NCBI GenBank assembly: GCA_036918135.1
Contig: JBALDB010000046.1
Location: forward strand, 96,001-160,000
Direction of reading: 5' to 3'
Length of the DNA stretch: 64,000 nt
DNA from: Nostoc sp.
GTDB lineage: Bacteria > Cyanobacteriota > Cyanobacteriia > Cyanobacteriales > Nostocaceae
Part shown: in pieces, positions 10,806 through 20,563 of the stretch
Numbering within the stretch: position 1 is the first letter of the stretch
Layout of the letters: each line of letters begins with the position of its first letter
Notes under the pieces: generated by a model
Seen by the model: the letters and a program-made list of their open reading frames with translations, nothing else
Databases searched by the model: none
What the model was told of the DNA's origin: nothing
Program-made: the position numbers and the translations under genes

Positions 10806-10948
10806 AAAGAATTAGTGAGTTAGCATTATTTTTTACTTAAGGTTAATAATCAACAAGAAAATTAAGTAGTCTTACCAAGGCTGATTTAGGAAATATTCTA
10901 GATTCTGACTGCTGACTCTAATTTTTGAAATCAATTTTTACTAAAAAA

Positions 10949-12778
10949 CTAACATTTTTTACCTGTAGATGGACTGACAAAATCATGTAAGTCTTCATCC
11001 CAAATACTAATGTAAATAAAATCACATTCTTGACGAATAATCTGACCTTTAACTGAGCCATTCTGAAAACTGAAATTATCGGACTGGCGCTGTTGTACTT
11101 GTTTAAGTCCCTGCTTAATATCTTCAGTAGCTTGCCCATTTAAAAGTCCATTTAAAGTAGCTTCCATAATCTGTGGTTCTACTGTTTGGTTAAAAGCTAC
11201 CTCGGTTTGACGCAGCATTCGAGAATTGCGATCGAATAAGTAGCCAAGGTCTATTTTGTTTGGTACAAGTTTGTAAACAATAGCGCGGGTATTACCCCAC
11301 GCACCTCTTAAATCTTTGCTTGGTTTACCAAGGCTAGCTTCTACAATATTTCTAGATGTCCCTGTAGGAAATGCAGGAACGCTTTGTCTGCTTGCAGTTG
11401 CAGCTAATTTACTGCGCGGCTTTTTCTGTGGTGTGGAACGTACTTCTGGTGTAGGAATCGCAACTTGCTTCTCTGGTTCTGGTTGGGGAGTTGATGTTGC
11501 TATTGGTGCTGGAGTATCTAAAGTTACAGGCTCGTTTTCTGGCTGTGGTGTGAAGACAACTGGGGGATTATAGGTTGGCAAAGGTTCGGCAATTACTCGT
11601 GGTGGTGGTGAGATGGGTATAACTCGGACTGGAGAAGGCTGGGAAGAAATAGGCGGATTGGTAAATGTTGGAGTGGGTAAAGATTTTGGTGATGGAGTAG
11701 GACTTGTGGCAGTGCTTGTCTGTAGCTGTTGCTGACGAGTCATAGCAGAAATTGCGACTGCACCAATCAATCCACCTACTAGCAAACTACCAGCGATCGC
11801 CGCAGGTTTTTGCCAATTTCTAGGAGTGCTGGAATTATTAGTAATTGGAGGTATTTGGGGGGAAGATAATGACTGGGCTTGTCTAGTTGATGTCGCAGTG
11901 GGAGACAAGCTGACTGTGTTAGTAGTTGTCGGTGATTGTGGGGAAATATAACTAGGAGATTGCAATGCATATAGCATTTTACTAGCAGTACTGTAGCGAT
12001 CGCCTGCATGAGGCTTAATTGCCTGATTGAGTACCGCCACCAATTGGGGAGAGACATTAGGAGTGTGCTGGTGCCAAAGTATTTCCCCTGTTTGCAAATC
12101 GGTTAGTAGTTCTTGGGGGTGTTTGCCAGTCAGCAGATAAATTGCCGTTAAGCTTAAACTGTAGATATCAGTAGCGTAAACTGGACGCCCAACAGCTTGT
12201 TCGCTAGGCATATACCCAGGCGTACCAATGACGAGCGATCGCGTACCGTATCCAGGGGTAGTCACCACCGAACGAATTGTTTCCTTGACTGCACCAAAAT
12301 CAATCAAAACTGGCTTGCCATCAACAGAACGGATAATGATGTTCTCAGGCTTGATATCTCGGTGAATGATGCCTTTACTGTGAACATAATCTAAGACTGA
12401 TAGCAGACTTAAAAGGATTTCCCGAACAGCAGTTTCGCTCACCCATCCTTTAGCTTCAACAATTTTCGTCAGGGTTTGACCGTGAATCCATTCTTGAACG
12501 AGGTAAAACTGCCCGTTCTCAGAAAAATAAGCGTAGAGTTTGGGAATTTGGTTACAACTTTCACCCAAATACTCCAAGGTTGCTGCTTCTCTTTTAAACC
12601 GTTCTTGGATTATTTGGTAAGTTTGCGGGTCATTATTAGTTATCGGTTTGAGTTGCTTAATTACACAGCGACGCCGAGAAGGCATGTAGGTGTCTTCTGC
12701 AAGGAAGGTTTCGCCAAACCCACCAACACCGATTACCTCGATAACTTGATAGCGATTGTTCAGCAGCGTTGTTGTCAT
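10949..12778 (-). CDS. Hanks-type Ser/Thr protein kinase with TM helix, Pro/Thr-rich linker and extracytoplasmic C-terminal domain
   Basis: GVGGFG, VIKQL, HRDIKPEN, DFG, GTPGYMPSE; hydrophobic segment AAIAGSLLVGGLIGAVAISAM. Confidence 0.95.
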   Translation of the reverse strand: MTTTLLNNRYQVIEVIGVGGFGETFLAEDTYMPSRRRCVIKQLKPITNNDPQTYQIIQERFKREAATLEYLGESCNQIPKLYAYFSENGQFYLVQEWIHGQTLTKIVEAKGWVSETAVREILLSLLSVLDYVHSKGIIHRDIKPENIIIRSVDGKPVLIDFGAVKETIRSVVTTPGYGTRSLVIGTPGYMPSEQAVGRPVYATDIYSLSLTAIYLLTGKHPQELLTDLQTGEILWHQHTPNVSPQLVAVLNQAIKPHAGDRYSTASKMLYALQSPSYISPQSPTTTNTVSLSPTATSTRQAQSLSSPQIPPITNNSSTPRNWQKPAAIAGSLLVGGLIGAVAISAMTRQQQLQTSTATSPTPSPKSLPTPTFTNPPISSQPSPVRVIPISPPPRVIAEPLPTYNPPVVFTPQPENEPVTLDTPAPIATSTPQPEPEKQVAIPTPEVRSTPQKKPRSKLAATASRQSVPAFPTGTSRNIVEASLGKPSKDLRGAWGNTRAIVYKLVPNKIDLGYLFDRNSRMLRQTEVAFNQTVEPQIMEATLNGLLNGQATEDIKQGLKQVQQRQSDNFSFQNGSVKGQIIRQECDFIYISIWDEDLHDFVSPSTGKKC

Positions 12779-13180
12779 GAAAAGTTACAAAATTTTGCCC
12801 TTTCCAATGTACATCAGATACATCACTTATCTTGGGTTTAACCTGTGAAATCTGATAATCATAAGTATCTATCTATAATTTAATTTTATAAATTAACTTC
12901 TGCTCAAACTGCGGTTTATGGAAAAACTGAGTTAAGGTCTGTAAAATAATTTAGATTAACAATAATTGATGCTGTGCAATTACAACGACACCTTTCTGCT
13001 TTGAAAGCTGATATTTAAGTTTTTGGGAGCGGTTTCTTGCAAATTAACTCAATTAATAACTTTAAATTCTCTGAGCATAATTAAATACTAAATCTTAACT
13101 AGATATACTGATATTAATTTAAATTGAAAATTTCTGAAGATTGAACGAAATATTTATTTTATTAGAAAAATTCACAGTTG

Positions 13181-13360
13181 AAGAAGGCAGGAGGCAGAGG
13201 GTGGGGGGCAGAAGAAGGCAATTGGAAGAAGATTCAAACTCCTCCCAATTGCAAGCGCCGTATGAATGGTGGGGTCTTAAACCCTTATTTCCTACGGTCA
13301 TCAGCAGAGAACAGAAGTTAGGATTCCCTTCTGCCTTCTGCCTCCTGCCCTCTGCCTTTC
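13181..13360. repeat. MITE-like element with inverted heptamer-repeat arms
   Basis: GGCAGGAGGCAGAGG...GGCAGAAG left arm, CTTCTGCCTTCTGCCTCCTGCCCTCTGCC right arm; similar arms at 60007-60200. Confidence 0.6.
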
Positions 13361-13402
13361 TTAATTAACTTTAGTCAAAGATTTTGAAACAAACTTAAGT
13401 TT

Positions 13403-15769
13403 ATGAATACAAGTAAAAATAGTATAAATGTAAATTCTTATTTAAAAGTAGAAAATAAGGGTACAGTATTATACTTTGAACTAAAAGAGCAACAACATAT
13501 ATTGGGGCGCGATCGCACTTTTGCCGATCTAGTTGTCCCTCAAGATTGGCAACTTGTTGGCAGATATCAAGCCCTCTTACGCAAAGATGGCGAAAATTAC
13601 TGCATTTATGACGGGAATGGTGACAAACCCAGTACCAATGGGCTTTATATCAATCAAATCCGGGTAACTCCAAAATCTGGCTATAGCCTGAAGAACGGTA
13701 CAGAAATCCGTATTGGGCAAAACTCTCAAGACCAAATAGTACTAACATACCATAACAATCGCCAACCCTCAGCTAACAATACACACGAATTGCAAAGGGT
13801 TTCCTTGAAAAATCGGTCAGTTTTATTGGGTCGCGATCGCAATGCTACTTTACCTCTAGAAGCCCCTACTGTTTCTCGCCGCCACGCCACAATTGATACT
13901 GACGCTCAAGGGCGTTATATTCTCCGCGATTACAGTACCAATGGTGTGTTTATAAATGGGCAAAAAGTTAATAGCACTGCTGTATTGTCACCAGGAGCAA
14001 AAATTCGCATTGGCCCATTTACGCTGGTGCTGCGAGGTGATGAATTACAAATACTCGACCGAGGAAATCAAATTCGCTTGGATGCTTGTAATTTAGTAAT
14101 TCAAGATAAAGACAAGCGGCGATTGGATGATATTTCTATACCAATTGAACCAGGACAGTTTGTCGCCTTGGTGGGTGGAAGTGGTGCTGGGAAGTCAACT
14201 TTGATGCGGACACTACTGGGAGTTGAGCAAACAACTCAAGGTGTAGTCTATTTAAATGGTGAAAATTTGCGAAGCAACTTTAACATGTACCGCACGCACA
14301 TTGGTTATGTGCCTCAAGACGATATTATTCACCAAGAACTCACTGTATCTGAAGTTTTAACTTACGCCGCTAAGCTGCGACTACCGCCAGATATTGATGT
14401 GGCGCGGGTGGTGGAAAAGACTTTACAAGATGTGGAAATGTCCCATCGTCAGGATGCAAAGGTATCCCAACTGAGTGGAGGACAGCGCAAACGAGTAAGT
14501 ATTGGCGTGGAATTACTAGCCGATCCGAAGTTATTTTTCTTAGATGAACCAACTTCAGGACTCGATCCTGGGTTGGATAAAAAAATGATGCAATTGTTGC
14601 GGAAATTAGCCGACCAGGGACGCACAGTGATTTTGGTGACTCATGCAACAACGAATATTAAATTGTGCGATCGCGTTGTCTTTCTCGGTCGAGGAGGAAA
14701 GCTATGTTATTTTGGCCCTCCTGATGAATGTTTACAGTTTTTTGGTGTCAAAGATGACTTTGCCGATATTTATAATCAATTAGAAAAACCAGAAAACATC
14801 ATTGACCAAGCTACTAAATTCCGGCAATCAGATGATTATCGACGCTATATTGATAATCATCTCAATTCTGGAACTCAATCGCCCCAGTCAGATACTGTGA
14901 ATAATCACAGTCATGGCATTTCTTTTGGCAAACAATTTAATATTTTGACGCAACGCTACTTCCAAATTCAAAAGCGCGATCGCATCAACCTCGCTTTAGC
15001 ACTTTTAACAGCGCCTATTAGTATTAGTCTAATGACATTCGCTATCCGAAATAAAGACCCTTTAGTATTAGGAGAACAACCCGATCCAACTCTTGCACCT
15101 TTAGCTTTGCGTGTGTTATTCGTCTTTACTTGTGCTGCTTTATGGGTGGGACTTTCTAGCTCATTACAAGAAATTGTCAAAGAGTCAGCAATTTACCTAC
15201 GAGAACGGCTAGTAAATTTGGGTTTATTTGCTTATCTTATTTCTAAAGTTGCAATTCTTTCAGTATTAGCAGGATTACAAACTCTGTTAATGATAGTGGT
15301 GATTTTTATATTTTTTAAATCCCCGCAGCCAGAATTAGTTTCTTGGCAATGGGGATTAAGTATTACTACATTTTTGACTCTTTTAACTAGCATTAGCCTT
15401 GGCTTATTTGTCTCAGCATTTGTCAAAAATACTAGTCAAGCAAATAGTGCTTTACCCCTGTTGTTACTTCCTCAATTTATCTTTTCTGGTGTTTTGTTCA
15501 AAATGGAAGGTATTGCCAGTAAAGTTTCTTGGTTAATGCTGAGTCGTTGGTCAGTCGGTGCATACGGTGCTTTAGTTAATCTTAATCAACTGGTTCCGGA
15601 ACCGATTAAATTACCTGATGGCAGTACAGTGCCCCAACCATTTGAACCAACGCCTGTTTATGAGGCAACATGGTCTAATTTGAGTTTGAATTGGGGAATT
15701 TTGTGCTTGCATACACTCATTTATCTAACTGTGACTTTTTATTTGCAAAAGCGAAAAGATATTTTTTAA
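13403..15769 (+). CDS. FHA-FHA-ABC transporter (ATPase + ABC-2 permease, Rv1747-like)
   Basis: Two FHA domains (GR...STNG), Walker A GGSGAGKS, LSGGQ, LFFLDEP, C-terminal multi-TM domain. Confidence 0.95.
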   Translation: MNTSKNSINVNSYLKVENKGTVLYFELKEQQHILGRDRTFADLVVPQDWQLVGRYQALLRKDGENYCIYDGNGDKPSTNGLYINQIRVTPKSGYSLKNGTEIRIGQNSQDQIVLTYHNNRQPSANNTHELQRVSLKNRSVLLGRDRNATLPLEAPTVSRRHATIDTDAQGRYILRDYSTNGVFINGQKVNSTAVLSPGAKIRIGPFTLVLRGDELQILDRGNQIRLDACNLVIQDKDKRRLDDISIPIEPGQFVALVGGSGAGKSTLMRTLLGVEQTTQGVVYLNGENLRSNFNMYRTHIGYVPQDDIIHQELTVSEVLTYAAKLRLPPDIDVARVVEKTLQDVEMSHRQDAKVSQLSGGQRKRVSIGVELLADPKLFFLDEPTSGLDPGLDKKMMQLLRKLADQGRTVILVTHATTNIKLCDRVVFLGRGGKLCYFGPPDECLQFFGVKDDFADIYNQLEKPENIIDQATKFRQSDDYRRYIDNHLNSGTQSPQSDTVNNHSHGISFGKQFNILTQRYFQIQKRDRINLALALLTAPISISLMTFAIRNKDPLVLGEQPDPTLAPLALRVLFVFTCAALWVGLSSSLQEIVKESAIYLRERLVNLGLFAYLISKVAILSVLAGLQTLLMIVVIFIFFKSPQPELVSWQWGLSITTFLTLLTSISLGLFVSAFVKNTSQANSALPLLLLPQFIFSGVLFKMEGIASKVSWLMLSRWSVGAYGALVNLNQLVPEPIKLPDGSTVPQPFEPTPVYEATWSNLSLNWGILCLHTLIYLTVTFYLQKRKDIF

Positions 15770-15776
15770 AGGTCAA

Positions 15777-17441
15777 CTACTTGGTATCACTAATAACCCA
15801 CCTATTATTTTGGGCATCCCATAAAAGAAAAAAGCGTACAGAACCAGGAACTACTTTGCCAGTTTTCATCACGTATTTAAACTGAGCATCAACCGTAGCT
15901 AATTCTGTATTTGCTTCTACCAAACTAACTTGTTCGACATCTACGCTTTGAACCTTTCCGCCCCACCAGTCAATATAAGAAAGATAGCCATTTGGGTGAA
16001 GTCGTCGATTATTTTGGTAGCTAGGAGATAGCTGATTCCACCCAGCTTGATACTGACCCTGATTAATAGTTGCATAATAATTTTGTACCGCTTCTTCTGG
16101 TGAGGGTCTATCGATTTGTGGCTGGGTTGAAGAGGGAGTTTGAGGAGATTGTGTAGCACTAGGCAATTGCGATCGCACTGGTGCATTATCTTCAGGTTCA
16201 AAAGTGCTGAAAATTGGAGATTGTGTAGGTGAGGGCGTATCCTGTGGTTCTTTGGGGGTTGGGGTAGATTCCGATGAGATGGTTGACTGTTCGTTGGGAG
16301 TTGGGGTAGATTCCGATGAAACGTTTGATTGTACTACTGATTGATTTGGTCTATTGAGAGCAAAACCAACAACTATAGAAGTAGCAATCAAACCACCAGC
16401 AATTAAACTACCGAGAAGGATTCCTTTGCGTCCACTACTTTGATTAGTAGGTTGACTGGAAGAACCTGGACTAACAGCAACCGTATTTTGCAATGTTGCA
16501 TGAGGCTGTACGCTGACTACTGGCGGTTGATTGTAAGGTACTGTTGGAGGAACTGGCGGTTGATTGTAAGGTACTGTTGGAGGAACTGGCGGTTGATTAT
16601 AAGGTACTGTTGGAGCAACTGACCCAAATTGTAAGGCGTCAAACATTTCTCTGGCTGTGGGAAAGCGGTCGCGTGGATGATAGGCGATCGCCCGATCTAT
16701 AACTCCTGCTAATGTAGGACTAATACTCAAAGCATATCTGTGCCAAATAATTTCTCCGCTACGCGAATCTGTCTCCAATTCATGTGGCTGTTTTCCAGTG
16801 AGAAGATAAATTGCTGTAATTCCCAAACTATATAAATCACTCGAATAAACTGGTCTACCTGCTGCTTGTTCGCTTGGCATATATCCCGGCGTACCAATCA
16901 CAATCGAACTCGTAGGTAACCCTTGGGAATTCATCACTGTTCCCATTGATTCGCGGACAGCACCGAAATCAATCAGCACTGCCTTATGGTCTCGATGACG
17001 CAAAATGATGTTATCTGGCTTGATATCTCGATGAACAATCCGGTGATTATGTACTTGTTCTAGTACTGGTAATAAATGTATTAATATTTCTCTAACGGCA
17101 CTTTCACTTAATAAACCTTGTTCGTGAACTTTCGCTGTTAAGGTATCACCTTCTATCCACTCTTGAACCAAGTAGAATTGTCCATCTGATTGGAAGTAAG
17201 CATATAAGGTGGGAATTTGGTTACTTATACCGCCTAAGTCTTCTAAAATTGCTGCTTCCCGTTGAAATCTTTCTTGCACCAACTGATAAATCTGCGGGTT
17301 ATTTTGAATTGGTCTTAGCTGCTTAATTACACAACGGCGGTTGGAAGGCATTTGGGTATCTTCCGCTAAGAAAGTCTCACCAAACCCACCGCTTCCTAAA
17401 GTCCGAATAACTCGATAGCGGTTGTTTAGCAATGTTTGCAT
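15777..17441 (-). CDS. Hanks-type Ser/Thr protein kinase with TM helix and extracytoplasmic domain
   Basis: GSGGFG, HRDIKPDN, DFG, GTPGYMPSE; TM GILLGSLIAGGLIATSIVVGFAL. Confidence 0.95.
   Translation of the reverse strand: MQTLLNNRYRVIRTLGSGGFGETFLAEDTQMPSNRRCVIKQLRPIQNNPQIYQLVQERFQREAAILEDLGGISNQIPTLYAYFQSDGQFYLVQEWIEGDTLTAKVHEQGLLSESAVREILIHLLPVLEQVHNHRIVHRDIKPDNIILRHRDHKAVLIDFGAVRESMGTVMNSQGLPTSSIVIGTPGYMPSEQAAGRPVYSSDLYSLGITAIYLLTGKQPHELETDSRSGEIIWHRYALSISPTLAGVIDRAIAYHPRDRFPTAREMFDALQFGSVAPTVPYNQPPVPPTVPYNQPPVPPTVPYNQPPVVSVQPHATLQNTVAVSPGSSSQPTNQSSGRKGILLGSLIAGGLIATSIVVGFALNRPNQSVVQSNVSSESTPTPNEQSTISSESTPTPKEPQDTPSPTQSPIFSTFEPEDNAPVRSQLPSATQSPQTPSSTQPQIDRPSPEEAVQNYYATINQGQYQAGWNQLSPSYQNNRRLHPNGYLSYIDWWGGKVQSVDVEQVSLVEANTELATVDAQFKYVMKTGKVVPGSVRFFLLWDAQNNRWVISDTK
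16519..16617. repeat. Coding 33-bp tandem repeat x3 (PTVPYNQPPVP)
   Basis: ACTGGCGGTTGATTGTAAGGTACTGTTGGAGGA at 16519, 16552 and 16585 (third copy has 2 mismatches). Confidence 0.92.
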
Positions 17442-17555
17442 AAATTAGCACTAGTAATTATAAGGGTGTTTTATGGTATTGTTCTATCTACTTTAGTTTG
17501 TATCTGATTTTTTTTCTTAGTAGCAATATAAAGATTACTGAATATAATACTTGTG

Positions 17556-17603
17556 ATATCATGTCCGGTTGAATACTTATGATATCTGTGAGGGTCGGTA
17601 ATG
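17556..17603. mobile_element. One end of a MITE-like element of the same family as 54060-54238
   Basis: ATATCATGTCCGGTTGAATACTTATGATATCTGTGAGGGTCGGTAATG is the near-exact reverse complement of about 54184-54231. Confidence 0.7.
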
Positions 17604-17660
17604 CTTCGGCGAGGCTCAGCATGAATGGGTAATGGGCAAGAAAAACACAACTGTTCGCCC

Positions 17661-18066
17661 AAGTAGGTCAACCTAATTAAACGTAAAACCCTCAACTTGG
17701 TACTGAGCTTGTGTAGCTCTATTTTCTATACCATCAATAATTGCGATCGCTAAATCGTACTCATCCTCGAATACCCTACTTGCAAGTTGATCGCCTTTGA
17801 GATGCAACCATTGATCTTCAATACGATTCATTTGTGGATTATAAGGAGGTAAGAAAAACTTTCTTCGTACCTGGCACCCCTGTGCATTTAATCTTAAGGC
17901 GATCGCTCGATATTTTGTCCGACGCGGAACTTTCTCAGCAGCGCTTAGCTCTAATAAAGGTACGGTCTTCTTCTGAGGTTAGCTTTATTTTTAATGGAGC
18001 AGGTATTGGTTCACACTGAAATACTATAATAATTCCATTTTACGTTTTTTTAGGTTGACCTACTTA
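17661..18066 (-). mobile_element. Internally deleted, non-autonomous IS630-family element
   Basis: About 28-bp terminal inverted repeats AAGTAGGTCAACCTAA(TT/AA)AAACGTAAAA; minus strand encodes a transposase N-terminus (PAPLKIKLTSEEDRT, frameshift, LLELS...RAIALRLNAQG) joined to the C-terminus FFLPPYNPQMNRIEDQWLHLK (LPxYSPELNPIE-type motif). Confidence 0.88.
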
Positions 18067-19794
18067 TAGCAGTGGATGCTGTGGATCTTCGACTTCTAAA
18101 GACTTAATTGACACAATTAAGTCTTTTTTGGCACTCAGACTTTGGAATTTATGATTAAGTGGCATATCACTTCGGTGTAAATTACCACGTTTACTTAATT
18201 TCCAAACATAATAATAATTATCACTATATATAATATCTGTTTTTAAGTGATACTTTTTTTCTATTACTTCGCGCCAATTGTCTGAAGGATTGAATAAAAA
18301 TACATCAGCAAACTCTTTAGAAATTTTTGGAATTTTTTGAGTATTTACCAACAAAAATCGCACTTTTGGTTCCAATTGATAGCTTAAAGAAAAGACATTT
18401 CCATAATTAGTATCTAAAGAATTACTAATCACAAGTGGGCTAGTACTCTGATTGATAATTTGCACAAATTGTAAATTGCTATAATTCATGCCCTTATTCC
18501 ACCAAGTTTCTGCTTGGGAATTTACCTTAGAAGAAATCAAACCACAAATAATCACCAACATCATAATTGTGTGCCAAATGGTTCGACGTGACGCATTCTC
18601 ATTCTCTAGTTGCCTAGATAGTAGATAAGCAACAGCTAATTGGATTCCTAAATAAGACGGTATTAAATATGGTTCAGTAAAATATCGTATTCCTCCAGCA
18701 CTTAAATCTGGTAGTATTATAGGCAGTGCTGGGACTACAATCAATGTAATAATAAATAACCAGACTTTGTGACTAGTGGTAACACAAAGGAAATAAATTG
18801 CATATCCTATCAAACTTAAAAAAATTAATACAATTAAATAGCTAAAATAATTTTCTAAGCTCAAATTTATATCAAAAAAAATTCGGCTTAACTGCATCAG
18901 TAAAAATGGAATTATCGGCATCAAAGATGACTGTGTTGTGACTTTCTCTCCAGAAATCAGAAATTGGAAAAACTCCCCAATCGCAACTATTATCCAAGGC
19001 ATAAAAGCTAACAAACCTATCAGTGATGCTAAAAGGTAATTTTTCACTGTTTCAGTTAACTGGAATTTAGCTATGCCAATCACATAAATTGCGTGAGCCA
19101 GTGCTACAAATCCACTCCAAAGAAATGTATAAAGACTAATCGCCAAAGTTATTGCATAAATACTCCAGGCAGCAAAAATATCTGGGCGTTGTTTTTTCGT
19201 AAGTTCATCTTTATCTTGTGATTCTAACTTCATTGCCCGCAATAGTGAAGCGCTAGATAGTAAAATAGTGACTAACCAGAGAATATATTCTTGTGCTTCT
19301 TGGGCATAGACTAGGTGAATTGGAGAGATAGTCATAAGTGCGATCGCTACACCACCAAATGATAGCGGCACATTAAATAATTCTCGGCATAGCCGATAAA
19401 CGCAGGGAAAAACTAGCAAGCTAATGAAGGCAGATAAACTTCTAATTGCTGTCACTGAATCACCGAAGATTTCCAACCACAATCTGGCGATTATATAATA
19501 CAATGGTGGATGCAGAGAATCTTCTTTTGCCAGAGACATAATTGTATCATTTAAGTTTTTTTCTGTATTTGTACCTTGAAATTTAGCAAAACTTTCTTTG
19601 GCAATAACACGATTATTAAAAAGTTGTTCTTTTACTTCAGTTATTGTGTAACCAGAAATCCGCAATGAGCTATAAGTTTCATCACGCCAATAAACCTTGC
19701 TATCAAGGTTAAAAAAGCGAAACAATATAGCCATTGTCAACAAGAAAACAATTAAAAATCGCAACCAACTCGGCACAGATTTAAGATGGCGCAT
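18064..19794 (-). CDS. GT-C fold membrane glycosyltransferase (family 39 / PMT-like)
   Basis: YWRDE, HPPLYY, AIRSLSA, SPIHLVYAQEA, many TM helices; ATG 19794. Confidence 0.88.
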   Translation of the reverse strand: MRHLKSVPSWLRFLIVFLLTMAILFRFFNLDSKVYWRDETYSSLRISGYTITEVKEQLFNNRVIAKESFAKFQGTNTEKNLNDTIMSLAKEDSLHPPLYYIIARLWLEIFGDSVTAIRSLSAFISLLVFPCVYRLCRELFNVPLSFGGVAIALMTISPIHLVYAQEAQEYILWLVTILLSSASLLRAMKLESQDKDELTKKQRPDIFAAWSIYAITLAISLYTFLWSGFVALAHAIYVIGIAKFQLTETVKNYLLASLIGLLAFMPWIIVAIGEFFQFLISGEKVTTQSSLMPIIPFLLMQLSRIFFDINLSLENYFSYLIVLIFLSLIGYAIYFLCVTTSHKVWLFIITLIVVPALPIILPDLSAGGIRYFTEPYLIPSYLGIQLAVAYLLSRQLENENASRRTIWHTIMMLVIICGLISSKVNSQAETWWNKGMNYSNLQFVQIINQSTSPLVISNSLDTNYGNVFSLSYQLEPKVRFLLVNTQKIPKISKEFADVFLFNPSDNWREVIEKKYHLKTDIIYSDNYYYVWKLSKRGNLHRSDMPLNHKFQSLSAKKDLIVSIKSLEVEDPQHPLL

Positions 19795-20563
19795 AAGTAA
19801 TTTTCCCAAAAATTTATCTAAAACGATCCAGTTTGCTTGGCTGGATGAGGTGTCCAAGGGTAGCCCATCGTAGATATTGCCGAGATATTAACTAATGTGA
19901 GTTCGAGGAAGGCGATTTGACTTGTCTGTTAAAAAGCTTCCATAAATGAAACCTCCACTCAAACTTTTCCTTTTTCAAACCTCTCCTCTTCTAGGGGAAA
20001 GACTTAAAATCCTCTCGTGGTAGGATACAGCCAGAGAATAGGGGGTCACACCCCTCATTTGGTATATCTCTGATTCTCTCATGAAATAACCTTTGGAATA
20101 TGCTAGATTTAATCCTAAAAAATCAATCGTGGCGTAAGGGGTAACATGCCTCAATGACCCAGCAGTATCCCACTAAAAGAGGGAGGTTGAAGGGAAAGAG
20201 GCTTATTGAACTCGCTCTCAAGCGCAGTTGTTTGTCAGATATCACTAACGTCATTGAGAGTCACTTGATTTGCAAGATTGCCGATAAACACCTCTTTTTT
20301 ATTAACTGCAAAAATAATTAAGTAAGGTTGTATCAAATACGGCAAAACTTGCTTGAGTCAATATTTATTTTTTTAGTTTGTGTAGCCACGACTGAGTATC
20401 GCTAAGAAGATATTTGAAAAGTATTGTATGAAACACTAAAAGCCTTATAACCTAACCCCCTACTATAAGTAAATGGGGGTTTTATAGTCTCTCTTCTCGT
20501 AAAAGAGAGGTTTTAAGTATATATTTTTAGTTTATAAATCACTTATAATATAAAATATAATTT

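Noticed and set aside
13119..13368. ORFs 13141-13368 and 13119-13301
   Set aside because: They are translations of the heptamer-armed repeat element
17834..18019. Plus-strand ORF of 61 aa
   Set aside because: Antisense to the transposase remnant
20280..20360. 6S RNA or c-di-GMP riboswitch match
   Set aside because: Only short word-level resemblance; the required conserved stems and motifs are absent
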